The translations under genes and the position numbers were made by a program. A stretch of DNA of 64,000 nt from Candidatus Bathyarchaeota archaeon (GTDB lineage: Archaea > Thermoproteota > Bathyarchaeia > Bathyarchaeales > Bathycorpusculaceae). The DNA lies in the NCBI GenBank assembly GCA_963775685.1, contig CAVZJV010000014.1, positions 576,001-640,000 on the forward strand, written 5' to 3'. Positions 49,074 to 59,495 of the stretch are shown here, in pieces; positions within the stretch are counted from its first letter, which is position 1, and every line of letters begins with the position of its first letter. Below the pieces are notes generated by a model. It was not told where the DNA came from and made no database searches. It was given only the letters and a program-made list of their open reading frames with translations.

Positions 49074-49772
49074 ATGAATTTTGAAACCAAATTTCAGGAA
49101 ATAATACAGCGAACTCATGATGTTACTAGCTTTAGGTTTCCGCGTCCCGCTGAGTTTGATTATAAGCCTGGGCAGTTCTTTTTTGTCACCCTTAAACAAG
49201 GCGATAAAGAGTTAAAAAAACATTTTAGCTTCAGCAGTAGCCCAACGGAAAAAGACCACATTGAATTCACCAAAAAATTAACCGACCACGAATATTCGAT
49301 TGCGCTTAAAGCTGCAAAAGTCGGCGATTGGGCACACATAGAAGCACCGTTTGGGCAATTCACCTTTGAAGGCGAATACCCAAAAATCGCTTTGCTCGGT
49401 GGAGGTATCGGGATTACCCCGTTTATGAGTTACTGCAAAAACGCCGCAGACAAGGGCTTGGGCAGCAAAATAACACTTTTCTATGGTTGCCGCACGCCAG
49501 AAGACATAGCGTTCAGACGGGAGTTCGAGGAATTGGCGAGACAAAACAAAAACATAAAGTTAGTCTTCACTGTTAACCAACCTACTCCTGACTGGAACGG
49601 AGCGACAGGCATAATCAACGCCGACATCATTAAGCAGCAACTGCCCGACTACGAAGAAAACATGTTTTATACTTGTGGACCGCCGCCGATGGTTGATGCA
49701 ATGGAAAAGCTTGTTGTAGGCCTGGGGCTGCCGAAAGAAAAGTTGAAACGAGAGTTTTTTTCAGGTTACTGA
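49074..49772 (+). CDS. FAD/NAD(P)-binding oxidoreductase (FNR family)
   Basis: YKPGQFF, FSFSSSP, GGGIGITPF and CGPPPM. Confidence 0.9.
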   Translation: MNFETKFQEIIQRTHDVTSFRFPRPAEFDYKPGQFFFVTLKQGDKELKKHFSFSSSPTEKDHIEFTKKLTDHEYSIALKAAKVGDWAHIEAPFGQFTFEGEYPKIALLGGGIGITPFMSYCKNAADKGLGSKITLFYGCRTPEDIAFRREFEELARQNKNIKLVFTVNQPTPDWNGATGIINADIIKQQLPDYEENMFYTCGPPPMVDAMEKLVVGLGLPKEKLKREFFSGY

Positions 49773-49786
49773 TAAGGAAAAGGAGT

Positions 49787-51070
49787 TTAGGGGTAGAACC
49801 TGCGGGTGGTTCTGGGGAATGGGATAGCGTCGATGATGTTGTCTAAGTCCAGCATCCAGACCAGCAGCCGCTCTAAGCCCAAACCAAACCCCACATGTGG
49901 CACGGTGCCGTAACGACGCAGGTCAAGGTACCACTCATAATCTTCAGGTTTCAACCCTTGAGCTTTCATGCGCTCGATGAGGGTGTCTTTGTTGTCTTCT
50001 CTTGCCCCTCCTGTGCTGATTTCGCCTATTCTTGGCACCATCATGTCCACAGACATCGCAACTTCCGGGTGGTCAGCGTAGGTTTTGCAGTAGAAGGCTT
50101 TAATTTCAGTAGGGTAATCATGGACAAAAAAAGGTTTGCCGAAGTCTTCTGCTAAAACCTTTTCGTCCTCGTAACCGAGGTCAGAGCCCCAATTTAAAGC
50201 TGGATTTTTGGGTTTTAGGCGGTCAATTGCTTCCTTGTAGGTTATTCTTGGGAAAGGTGTCGTGACTGATTTTAATTTCTCAATGTTAGCGCCCAATTCC
50301 TTGAATTCTTTTGGGCATTTCTCTCCGATGGTTTGGCAAACATGAGTCATCAAGCCCTCCTCAAACTTCATCAAATCATTCATATCTGCAAAAGGCCACT
50401 CGCCCTCGATGTGCCAGTACTCGGTTAAATGGCGGATTGTTCGGCTTTTTTCCGCGCGGAACGAGGGCGCGATGCAGTAGACTTTTTCGAGGGAATATAT
50501 TAGAATTTCAAGGTAAAGTTGGCTACTCTGGGTTAAGTATAGGTCTTGGTCAAAATATTTTAATCCAAACAGTGTTGAGCCGCCTTCGACTGCTGCAGAA
50601 ATAAACATGGGAGGAGAAACCTCAGTGTAGGTTTGAGTTTTGAAGTATTCGCGTGCAGCCTCTAACACGTCGCCGCGGACCTTCATAACAAGATTCATTT
50701 TTCGGCTTCTAAGCCAAAGGTGACGCATGTCACGAATGAATTCTTCACTTTTATCTTTGGAGATAGGGAAAGTTTCCGCTAACCCGATAATGCTTAGGTT
50801 TTCTGCGCCGATTTCAAAGCCGCCTGGAGCACGCTTATCCTCTTTCGCCGTACCTTCAAGCGAAAGGGAAGACTCAATGGTTATTTTTTGTGCTTCGCTC
50901 CAGCAGAGGCAGGTTTTCTTTACCGTGCATTGGACTACGCCTGAGGAGTCACGGATTACTAAAAAGATGAGTTCTTTGCCTTCACGTTTTCGGTACACCC
51001 AACCGCGAACTGTAACTTTTTTGTCCGTACATTTGCCGTCTAATATTTCGTTTATTTTAACCAAAGCCAT
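49787..51070 (-). CDS. asnS: Asparagine--tRNA ligase
   Basis: OB fold, RHLWLRS, YLTQSSQLYLE, FRAEKSRTIRHLTEY, WYLDLRRYG and GLGLER. Confidence 0.9.
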   Translation of the reverse strand: MALVKINEILDGKCTDKKVTVRGWVYRKREGKELIFLVIRDSSGVVQCTVKKTCLCWSEAQKITIESSLSLEGTAKEDKRAPGGFEIGAENLSIIGLAETFPISKDKSEEFIRDMRHLWLRSRKMNLVMKVRGDVLEAAREYFKTQTYTEVSPPMFISAAVEGGSTLFGLKYFDQDLYLTQSSQLYLEILIYSLEKVYCIAPSFRAEKSRTIRHLTEYWHIEGEWPFADMNDLMKFEEGLMTHVCQTIGEKCPKEFKELGANIEKLKSVTTPFPRITYKEAIDRLKPKNPALNWGSDLGYEDEKVLAEDFGKPFFVHDYPTEIKAFYCKTYADHPEVAMSVDMMVPRIGEISTGGAREDNKDTLIERMKAQGLKPEDYEWYLDLRRYGTVPHVGFGLGLERLLVWMLDLDNIIDAIPFPRTTRRFYP

Positions 51071-51223
51071 CGGGCATCAACTATTTCCTGTATTACTTGT
51101 TTTCAAACCTAAATGCCTATCGATTCCTGCTTCCATTAGACAACTTTGATTAAAAATTATCCTTTCAACAATTACAAGAAAGCTTTTAGCTGTTTGAGCT
51201 CTTTGTTAGGTTTGCTGAGACCC

Positions 51224-51259
51224 TGGACGACAAAGAGAGAAAAGAACGCAAATGCAAAT
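51224..51259. repeat. Imperfect 36-bp direct repeat, copy 1
   Basis: 32/36 identical to 54402-54437. Confidence 0.7.
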
Positions 51260-51389
51260 TCGTTTTGGAAGGTTGTAAGTCCCATTAATTTTAACCAGAG
51301 CTTACTCAGCCCGCTTCTTGTTTTTCATTGCGTTTTTGAACTAAAAAAGGGGAAGGATTGTTTTGTTTGTTTTGTTTGATGTTGACTGT

Positions 51390-54131
51390 TTAGGGTCGCT
51401 TTCTTAACAACAGAATTGCCAGCAAAGCCCCAACTATGGCGATAGCAACAATGATACCTGCAACGGCCGGGACAAAGTATTGATCAGTAACAGACTGAAC
51501 CACTTCCGCAGTAGGAACTGGTGTTGGCGCTGCTGGATCAACGTTAAAAGCGGTGACTGCATGCGATGGCCAGTAAGACTCACTTCCGGCAAATGTGGCA
51601 GTGACTGTAAATTGTCCATCGATATCTGGCATCCAATCAAAACTGTAGAACCCATCAGCGTTAGCAGTGGTTGTACCGATCTCTCTTTGGTTACCATTAG
51701 CATCAATAACACTTAAGGTAACAGTTACGCCAGTTACGTTTGTTGGGCGTGGCTTTTCCATGTAGACATATTCCATCCATGCACTCTGGCTCTCATCCGA
51801 AACCGCTGGAACCCCATTGGGGAATCGCATACCATTCACTGATTGCGTTGTGCCTGGTGAAACGTCGGTCACTGTGCCTTTTATCATTGCGCTATTTCCA
51901 CTTTGCACTACGTCGTTGGTAACTTCAACTGTCATGGTACTTGGTCCTTTGCCGACAGCATAGACTTGATGGTCATAGTTATTCCAGTAGGTTAATACTC
52001 CGTCTCCAAGTGCAAATGTTGCGGGATGAGCCCAGCCTAGCATGTTCCAGACGATATCGCCGGTAGTGAGGTTAAAGACTCTAACCTTAGCACCCTTCAG
52101 AAGCGGGGTATCAGCTGAGTGCTCATGAGTTCCAATGAAAACTTTACCGTCAGCAGTTAAGCCGTGAAATACAGTGTAGTACTTGAAAATCTCGCCGCCC
52201 GTAAGAGCTGCCTGCTTCCAGAGCAACTCACCAGTATGCAAATCATAACAGAAAACATGCCCAGTATAGCCAGCAGTAATCAGTTTACCATCATAGATCG
52301 ATGATCCAAAGACGTTCATGAGACTGACCCAGGTATAGTAGCCAAATGGGTTGATATCAGATTGCGGTGCAGAGGTCCAAAGCAGATTTCCAGTATAAAC
52401 ATCAAAGCCCAGCCAAGTAAGCGATGGCATCTCCTGCATTACAAAAACGCCCTCGCCAGCGCGGATAAAAAGCCTCTGAATGACTTCATTGTTACTAACA
52501 AAGGTCATATCATAGTTCTTCATCCAAAGCATACGTCCTTCTTCGCCTGGTTTTAAGCTGACAGCAAATAGCGTTGAAACATCTTGGTTGTGATAGTAAA
52601 GTGAACTTGTGCCTGCTCTTGGTAGTGTACCGTTGCTTCCTAGCAGATAATCGCCACGCACTACCTGTAGAATAGTTGGGTTCCAATTTGAGGGCATAGT
52701 TGTTGATATTGAAACATTAAAGTCCCAAGTCGGTATGTCGGGTTGGTTGGGTGCTGTAGACGGTACTCGGATGAGGCTTGCAAGGCTTGCGTTAAATGTT
52801 CCACTTGTCTGATAGGCGAATACTCTAGACGAGTTCCATTCAAATAGTCGCCAGTCACTGCCTTCTCTTTGAATTATGTAGCGTAACTGCTCGCCTTTTG
52901 GACCAGCAACGATAGTGCCTGACGGAACAGAGTTGATGGATAGTGTTGTGGGGGTGGTTCCATAACGCGGATGAATTGCAGTGCCGAAGTTGTTTGAGAA
53001 TATGTAGCCTGGATTAATGACGCCGTGTTGGTTCATGTCATCATATTCAACGTAGTATCCAAAAGATGGACTTGCACTCATGGTTTGGTTGCGCCAGACT
53101 TCCTGACCAGTCTTAAGATCAACACATACCCAAGCGCCTCCAGAACCAGACCAAGTTATTGGTTCTTGGTAGTAGAGCCGACCGTACATGATGATCGATT
53201 GACCGTTGAATCTGGTTTGGTATTGGTGTCCTGCGTTAAAGACTTGTCCTTCTCTATCGCCCAAAAAGGCGTTTGCGTCTCCGCCGACAACTCCACCATC
53301 CTCAGTTGGTTTAGTCCACAAAATATGTCCGCTGTTTGGTGCAGTTCCTTGCGTCTGAACTCTGTTATCGGAGCTCCCAAAGTCAGTGTCGGCAGCACTG
53401 TTGAGCCAGTTTGAGGAAACTGCGCCCCAAGTATTGTCCTGCCCTTCAATTGGTCTAGCCCAGTATTCTGTTGGGAGCGGATAGTACGTAATAGCACTTG
53501 TTGAAATAGGGTCTTGCTGCACCGCCACTATGTAGGTGCGGTTGCTTGACAAGAAAGTAACTCCATAGTAGTCTCGGCCTGCGAGCGGGTAGCTACTGCT
53601 ATCGTTCCCTGCTTCTTTAAAGATCCAGTTAAGTTGTTCGAATACGACCATCACAGAGTAGTTGCCGATTGCATCGGGTGTGTACTTAGTATATGTTGTC
53701 CCTGTAGAGTCAGAAGTCAACGAACCGGATGAAGGAAGTGTTTCTGTTAATCCATCAGGTTTAGTTATTACTACATGGTATTTGTATCGGATGTCGTTGG
53801 TGTCTTGGGCTTGATAGGGAACCTGGGGGTTGAATATTACCATAGTAAATTCCTGGCCAACACCCAGTGGGTTTGGCGAAATTGTACTAAAGACCCATGT
53901 TGGAATTTGGTCGTGATATCGGTTCCAAAGAGTAAGCCTAGTAGTTGATGCGTTAGCGTCGAGATTCCAAGTCATGCCTGCGTTGATTGCATCTGCAGTT
54001 GCCTGGTTGTAGTTGATTCCGTTAATTACTTCCGCTGTTACGGTTGGTTGTGGTGCTAACATTGTCGCCATAGATGTTACTAGAATTATAGCGATAATAG
54101 TTGCCAAAGTTTGGTTTTTAGATATTCGCAT
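51390..54131 (-). CDS. Large PQQ-like beta-propeller surface protein with C-terminal TM anchor
   Basis: Signal peptide, repeated DLxTGxxxW blades, YNxYDxQVYAVGKGPS-type motif (WNNYDHQVYAVGKGPS), TM + RKRP. Confidence 0.85.
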   Translation of the reverse strand: MRISKNQTLATIIAIILVTSMATMLAPQPTVTAEVINGINYNQATADAINAGMTWNLDANASTTRLTLWNRYHDQIPTWVFSTISPNPLGVGQEFTMVIFNPQVPYQAQDTNDIRYKYHVVITKPDGLTETLPSSGSLTSDSTGTTYTKYTPDAIGNYSVMVVFEQLNWIFKEAGNDSSSYPLAGRDYYGVTFLSSNRTYIVAVQQDPISTSAITYYPLPTEYWARPIEGQDNTWGAVSSNWLNSAADTDFGSSDNRVQTQGTAPNSGHILWTKPTEDGGVVGGDANAFLGDREGQVFNAGHQYQTRFNGQSIIMYGRLYYQEPITWSGSGGAWVCVDLKTGQEVWRNQTMSASPSFGYYVEYDDMNQHGVINPGYIFSNNFGTAIHPRYGTTPTTLSINSVPSGTIVAGPKGEQLRYIIQREGSDWRLFEWNSSRVFAYQTSGTFNASLASLIRVPSTAPNQPDIPTWDFNVSISTTMPSNWNPTILQVVRGDYLLGSNGTLPRAGTSSLYYHNQDVSTLFAVSLKPGEEGRMLWMKNYDMTFVSNNEVIQRLFIRAGEGVFVMQEMPSLTWLGFDVYTGNLLWTSAPQSDINPFGYYTWVSLMNVFGSSIYDGKLITAGYTGHVFCYDLHTGELLWKQAALTGGEIFKYYTVFHGLTADGKVFIGTHEHSADTPLLKGAKVRVFNLTTGDIVWNMLGWAHPATFALGDGVLTYWNNYDHQVYAVGKGPSTMTVEVTNDVVQSGNSAMIKGTVTDVSPGTTQSVNGMRFPNGVPAVSDESQSAWMEYVYMEKPRPTNVTGVTVTLSVIDANGNQREIGTTTANADGFYSFDWMPDIDGQFTVTATFAGSESYWPSHAVTAFNVDPAAPTPVPTAEVVQSVTDQYFVPAVAGIIVAIAIVGALLAILLLRKRP

Positions 54132-54401
54132 TTTTTTAATTCTCCAAAGTTTATAGAGTGTCCTTTCCGTAGAAAAGACACTCTGCCTGCCATCTATCCA
54201 CAAGTTTGCTTTTAAAATGGATTGGAAAGTGGACACTTACGACAAAAATGGAGTTTGAGAGGAAGCGAAATTAGAACATTGGTTGATTAGTCAGTTGTTA
54301 ATCACACCATGAAAAATCTTGCTTAATTTTAAGCCATTTAAAAAAAGCAATGGACAAAAAATCTCTGAGCCTGTTTTAGCTACTTGAGGTTTCAGGGGCT
54401 G

Positions 54402-54437
54402 TGGACGGCAAGGAGAGAAAAGAACGAAAGTGCAAAT
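54402..54437. repeat. Imperfect 36-bp direct repeat, copy 2
   Basis: 32/36 identical to 51224-51259. Confidence 0.7.
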
Positions 54438-54702
54438 GTAACGATTAGTAAACACTGTTAATGTTAACTATGAACCTCCTCATCCTCATCAACACTCAAA
54501 TTCTAATTCTTTCATCATTTTATTTTTCAGACAACACCCCGAGTTCTTTGATCAGTTGTCCCTGCCTTGGACTCGATTTAGTTGATGTGTAAAGGTGATT
54601 GATAAGAGGCATTGACGTTAAAATATCGAGGGAATTGCGAAAAATTTATGAACACTTCACCTTAAAATGTGATGTGGGCAGGATTAAGAGAAAAAGTAGG
54701 GG

Positions 54703-55566
54703 TTGCTTATGGAAGAAGACTTTGTTGTCAAAATGGAAAGCTTTGGCTTTACGGTTAACCAGGCTAAAGTGTATTTGAGTATTGTACAATCAGGTAAAAC
54801 CCGGGTAGGAAAAATTTCAAAATCAACGCAGCTACATAGGCAAGACATTTACAAACTGTTGCCTAAACTTGAAAAAATGGGATTAATTACAAAAACAATT
54901 AACAAACCATTTATGATTGAAGCCATCCCAATCGAAAAAGCGCTAGAAACTTTAATTTCGAAAGAAAGAGAAAAATCCCACAAGCGAATTTCTCATTTGG
55001 AAAGTAACCTGAAAGAAATGGTAAATTCAATCCAGAGACAACCAGAAATTAAAGAAGAAACACGATTCAATCTTCTAAGCACCGATGAAGCCATAAGAAA
55101 CAGAGGAAGTCTAACTGTTAAGAAACTGAAAAAAGAGTGCCTCTTTGTAGTCAATCTCGAAAATATTCAAACACGTTCTGCGCATTTCCGCGAATTCCTC
55201 CAGGCAATTGCCCACACGAAAGCCAAAACAAAATTAATTGTTGTAACTAAAGAAGATAATGAGGCCGCTAAACAAGCTATTGAAAAAATAGCTCCATTCA
55301 ACGGTGAATTAACCGTCAAATCAATCGATAAAGCAACCTGTAAAAACTATCAAATCTTAGATAACAAGGAAATATGGATTGCTACCCAACAGAAAACGGA
55401 ATCGGGTCATCCTAGCATGCTTTGTACAAACGACCAGAACATAATTGACGTATATAAGGAGAGTTTCAGAAAAGCGTGGAATCGCAGTAAAGCAACGATC
55501 ACGCTTGGCATCACGATTTCATCATTCGCTTGCATCTCCCTTTCGCTTATGGATTTACTTGCCTAA
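54703..55566 (+). CDS. TrmB-family transcription regulator
   Basis: FGFTVNQAKVYL...RQDIYKLLPKLEKMGL HTH; PLD-like C-terminal domain. Confidence 0.85.
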   Translation: MLMEEDFVVKMESFGFTVNQAKVYLSIVQSGKTRVGKISKSTQLHRQDIYKLLPKLEKMGLITKTINKPFMIEAIPIEKALETLISKEREKSHKRISHLESNLKEMVNSIQRQPEIKEETRFNLLSTDEAIRNRGSLTVKKLKKECLFVVNLENIQTRSAHFREFLQAIAHTKAKTKLIVVTKEDNEAAKQAIEKIAPFNGELTVKSIDKATCKNYQILDNKEIWIATQQKTESGHPSMLCTNDQNIIDVYKESFRKAWNRSKATITLGITISSFACISLSLMDLLA

Positions 55567-55589
55567 AAACAGTCCAAAGACTAGGCATT

Positions 55590-56834
55590 TTATGCTTCTT
55601 TAACGCTTGGCTCGTATACTTTCCAGTATACAAAAATCGAGAGCGGTATTGCTGTTGCAGCTAACATCAGAAATGGAAGCTGGGGAGAAACATAAGCGTA
55701 CAGGAATCCAACTACGAGTTGTAGGATGGCTTGCATCAGAAACATGAAAAACTGAAGGCAGCCCGTAACTGTTCCCCTTAAACCTCTGGGAACCAAATCA
55801 CCCATTAATACGGTGTAGCTGTTTAGCTGCAACAAATTGCCCAATCCAAAGAAGAAAAACGCAAGGAGAAGCATGTTAAAATCTGCGTTAATAAAAAGGA
55901 GCATACCTGGAACATACAGTAGATACCCAAGTATCAGGAAACGTTTTCTTCCTCTGACATCCATGCTTAATCCTGCTAGTATACCAGGGATTGCTATGGT
56001 TAGGTACCTGAAGGTAACGACGATAGCCCATTGCTCAAGTGACACTTTAAGGATTGAAGTTGCATAGACCACAAAATAGGTTTGGCAACTGACTACCAGC
56101 CCGTTTATGATTATGATCGCTAAAAAGAGGTTAAAGGCTGACCTTGGGACTTTTTGCCAAACAGAAATGCCTTCTTTTACTGATTTAGCATATCCGCGGA
56201 AAGCATTTTGGATACTGATTTTTGTTTTTTGTCCTGTTTGTGGCAATGTTTCTTTTAGTCTTAGCCTTAAGACACTTATAACAAAGTATGCGGCGGCTAC
56301 GAGGGTGTATGCTATGCGCATGCCTAAATCGAAGTGAAAAGCGGCAACCAAATATTGCGCAATAAGCGGGGCAGGCAAAAGGACTATAGTTGTTATGACT
56401 GATTGAAAACTAAAGCCCGCACCTCGGTTTTCAGGCGGCAGTGAATCGATAATCATAGCCATTAGGGCTGGCCCGTAGATGGAGCAAACGTTCTGAATCA
56501 ATAAGCCGATTAGAATAAACTGCCATGACGGGGCAAATATGAAAAACAGGCTGCCTATTGCTAACCCAAAAGTCATGGTGACTATGAGCCCTCGTCTGCC
56601 TTGTTTATCCGCTAAGTAGCCGCCAGGGAACTGGACAAGAGCAACCGCTATTGATCCCGCAAAGCCCATAACCGATAATAGAAATTTGTCTGCGCCAAGG
56701 CTCAAGTAGAAGAGACTTGAATAGGTATCGGGGATGGGTTGAACGGCAAATAGGATAATCCAGCTTAGAGTGATGAGTAAAAAGTTGCCTCTCAATACGG
56801 CGGAGTCTCCGCGGAATAGCGCTGACAACTTCAT
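55590..56834 (-). CDS. MFS transporter
   Basis: GGYLADKQGRR motif A; about 12 TM helices. Confidence 0.92.
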   Translation of the reverse strand: MKLSALFRGDSAVLRGNFLLITLSWIILFAVQPIPDTYSSLFYLSLGADKFLLSVMGFAGSIAVALVQFPGGYLADKQGRRGLIVTMTFGLAIGSLFFIFAPSWQFILIGLLIQNVCSIYGPALMAMIIDSLPPENRGAGFSFQSVITTIVLLPAPLIAQYLVAAFHFDLGMRIAYTLVAAAYFVISVLRLRLKETLPQTGQKTKISIQNAFRGYAKSVKEGISVWQKVPRSAFNLFLAIIIINGLVVSCQTYFVVYATSILKVSLEQWAIVVTFRYLTIAIPGILAGLSMDVRGRKRFLILGYLLYVPGMLLFINADFNMLLLAFFFFGLGNLLQLNSYTVLMGDLVPRGLRGTVTGCLQFFMFLMQAILQLVVGFLYAYVSPQLPFLMLAATAIPLSIFVYWKVYEPSVKEA

Positions 56835-56946
56835 TACCGATAAAAATTAGTTAAGAATTATTTAAATTAAGAGAGCCAACCGCTGAAAACGATCCTAAAA
56901 AATCATTTACTGTTTTACTGCCCACAATTCTTAAATCGCCCCTGCA

Positions 56947-58341
56947 ATGAGCATAATTAGACTATCAAAAATGAAAAGCGTTCAAGAAGGAAAATTCAAG
57001 CTCAAAGCACTAAAAATTTCAGCTACTGCAATTTTTAGCGTAGTAATAGTTGAGGTTACGGTTGGCTTTCTTGTTAATAGTTTAGCGATAATGAGTGACG
57101 GCTTACATGCCTTACTCGATGCACTATCTAGCTTAATGCTGTTTTTTGCAGTTCGAGCCGCAATGAAGCCTGCTGACGAAGAACACACATATGGACATGA
57201 AAAGTTCGAGACCATAGGCGGATTAATAGGTGGTATAGTCTTAATCGCCGTTGCACTCTTAATTTTCTACGAAGCTGCTTTGAGACTTATAGAGCCCCCG
57301 CATCTTGTTGCAGGTATAGAATATGCTGGTTTTGTCGCAGTCGGCTACGCGCTTTTCATTGCTTCTCTTAGAGTTACGGTCTTCAAGAAATTCCAACATG
57401 TTGAGAGCCCCTCGATGAAAGCAGGCTTCTACGACGCTGTCTCCGATTTAAGCTCAACTCTTATAGCACTATTAGGTTTTGGCTTAGCCACATTGGGCTT
57501 TACTGGCGGCGACTCCTTCGCATCCATTTTCCTTGGAGTAATGCTTACCTACTTAAGCATCAAACTTGTAAAATTCAGCGTAATGGAGCTAAGCGACACC
57601 ACTTCAAGAGAGCTCGTGGAGAAAACGAGGAAAATAATTCTATCTTGTGAAGGCGTTGTTAAAACAGAAAACCTAAAAGTTCGAAAGGTAAGCTCAAAGA
57701 TTTTTGTTGAAGCATCAGTTCAAGTTCCCAACCTAATGAGTTTGGAAGAAGCGCATGCTTTAGCCTCAAAAATCGAATCATGCTTAAAAGATTCATTAAC
57801 AAACGTGGACGCTACCATCCACATTGAACCCTCTGACAAAGAGAAAAAAATGGACCATCTAATCGAGAAACTCGCAATAGTTGACGGTGTCATAGAAGTT
57901 CATGAAATCTCCACCATCTTTGTTGGTGGAAAACTCTACATTACTTTGCATGCCTATGTTAATCCTGAACTGTCAGTGGAAGAGGCACATAAAATTGCCG
58001 AAAACATCGAAAGCAGAATGGAGGCTGAAATTAAGTCGCTTGAAAATGTTACGGTTCACATTGAACCGGCAGGCGTCGCCATTCCTGTGGCAGAGGTGAA
58101 TGAGGCGCAACTCCGAAAAGTCGTTAATGATGTTGCTAAAAATATTTTGGGTAACCTTCGGATTAAGCGGGTGGTGACTTATGCTGCAGGTGGCAAACGC
58201 TACATAAACATTGATTGTTGCTTTACAAAGCATGTTCAGATTAAGGAGGCACATTCACTGGCATCGCAGGTTGAGAAAGAAACTAAAGAGCACTTTACCA
58301 ACGTTGTGGTTACGGTCCACATTGAGCCAGAATGCCCCTAA
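56947..58341 (+). CDS. Cation diffusion facilitator with three C-terminal dimerisation domains
   Basis: SDGLHALLD and HTYGHEKFE; three EAH...VHIEP repeats. Confidence 0.9.
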   Translation: MSIIRLSKMKSVQEGKFKLKALKISATAIFSVVIVEVTVGFLVNSLAIMSDGLHALLDALSSLMLFFAVRAAMKPADEEHTYGHEKFETIGGLIGGIVLIAVALLIFYEAALRLIEPPHLVAGIEYAGFVAVGYALFIASLRVTVFKKFQHVESPSMKAGFYDAVSDLSSTLIALLGFGLATLGFTGGDSFASIFLGVMLTYLSIKLVKFSVMELSDTTSRELVEKTRKIILSCEGVVKTENLKVRKVSSKIFVEASVQVPNLMSLEEAHALASKIESCLKDSLTNVDATIHIEPSDKEKKMDHLIEKLAIVDGVIEVHEISTIFVGGKLYITLHAYVNPELSVEEAHKIAENIESRMEAEIKSLENVTVHIEPAGVAIPVAEVNEAQLRKVVNDVAKNILGNLRIKRVVTYAAGGKRYINIDCCFTKHVQIKEAHSLASQVEKETKEHFTNVVVTVHIEPECP

Positions 58342-58479
58342 CCTAAAGAATGTTAAAAAACAAAACAAGCCGAACAAAAAAAGAAAGTTAACTAAGATAC
58401 GAAAATAATTTTAGCAAATAAATTGAGAGCCAAGAAGTAAAATTAAGGATTAAAGTAAAAAAAATAAAAAAGGATGGAT

Positions 58480-59229
58480 TTATTTTGTTTTGCGTCGGTA
58501 AACAATTGTTCCGAATGCAACTGCGACTAACGCTAAAGCAATTCCGACTGTTGCTATGCTTGAAAACTCTGGTACTGTTGGTGTTGGTTCAGTTGTGCCT
58601 TCAGGAGTGAAGACTGGCTGGTAGCTGAAGGTGTTTCCATATCCGTGGTCAACTGTGTATGGGTTATCTGTCGGAGTGGCTGTGTAGGGGTATCCACCAT
58701 GGCTTAGGTTTGGTCCTGAAATGACCCAGTGTGAGAATACCCAGCCGCTCTCAGGGGTTGCTGTTAGCATAAGTGAAGTAGCATCAGCCATCGCATAGGT
58801 CCCTGGCACTGGAGTCGTCGTTCCTCCTGCGCCAGTTAAGACGACTACGATTGCTGCTGTGGCCATGTTAGATGGAAGATTTGAAACGCCTGGTGGGGGT
58901 AGGAGGGGCGAGAAAATCGCTTGTGCATTGTAAGTTGTTCCGCCAAGAACTGGAAGTGTAACAGGGTTTTCAGAAACTACGCTGGATCCCGCATCAGTTG
59001 AAATTATCCAATATTGGAAAACGGATGCAGGGTCGGGGGTTGCTGTAAATGTTACTTGGGTGCCGTCTGGATAGGTGGTTGTTCCGGATGGGTCTGTTGT
59101 TCCGCCAAGTGAAGGCGTAACGATTACTGTGGCTTGGGTTTGTGCTTTTACGCTTACGCTTGCAAACGCCGCAATTACTAAAAGTGATGTTAGCAAAGTC
59201 AAAGCAAATATTTTTTTAGATTTAACCAT
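58480..59229 (-). CDS. Surface protein with two B-repeat-like domains and PEF-CTERM anchor
   Basis: GGTT.P...TATP...F..W twice; VPEF + TM + RRKTK. Confidence 0.8.
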   Translation of the reverse strand: MVKSKKIFALTLLTSLLVIAAFASVSVKAQTQATVIVTPSLGGTTDPSGTTTYPDGTQVTFTATPDPASVFQYWIISTDAGSSVVSENPVTLPVLGGTTYNAQAIFSPLLPPPGVSNLPSNMATAAIVVVLTGAGGTTTPVPGTYAMADATSLMLTATPESGWVFSHWVISGPNLSHGGYPYTATPTDNPYTVDHGYGNTFSYQPVFTPEGTTEPTPTVPEFSSIATVGIALALVAVAFGTIVYRRKTK

Positions 59230-59495
59230 TTTATTATTTCTCCAAAATAGCATGCTTGCTTGTTTTCAATTTAACCAAATTTTATTATATTTAACTTTGT
59301 GATTGTGCCTAGACAGTAACAAGTAAACGTATGCTTCTTTGTGATCACAGCTAATTATCGCTTTTCAAATCCCAATCCCAAAAATTTTATGAAATTGCTC
59401 AGTTTGGCTGTTTTCTTTGAAAAAATATTTTCGCATAAGCTTTTAATGCTTAATATTGTTTACTATCTTAGACTGTAATTGAGGGTGCAGGGAGA

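Noticed and set aside
49787-51070. Functional link between asnS and tRNA-Asn in the same window
   Set aside because: They are about 21 kb apart with unrelated genes between; likely coincidence.
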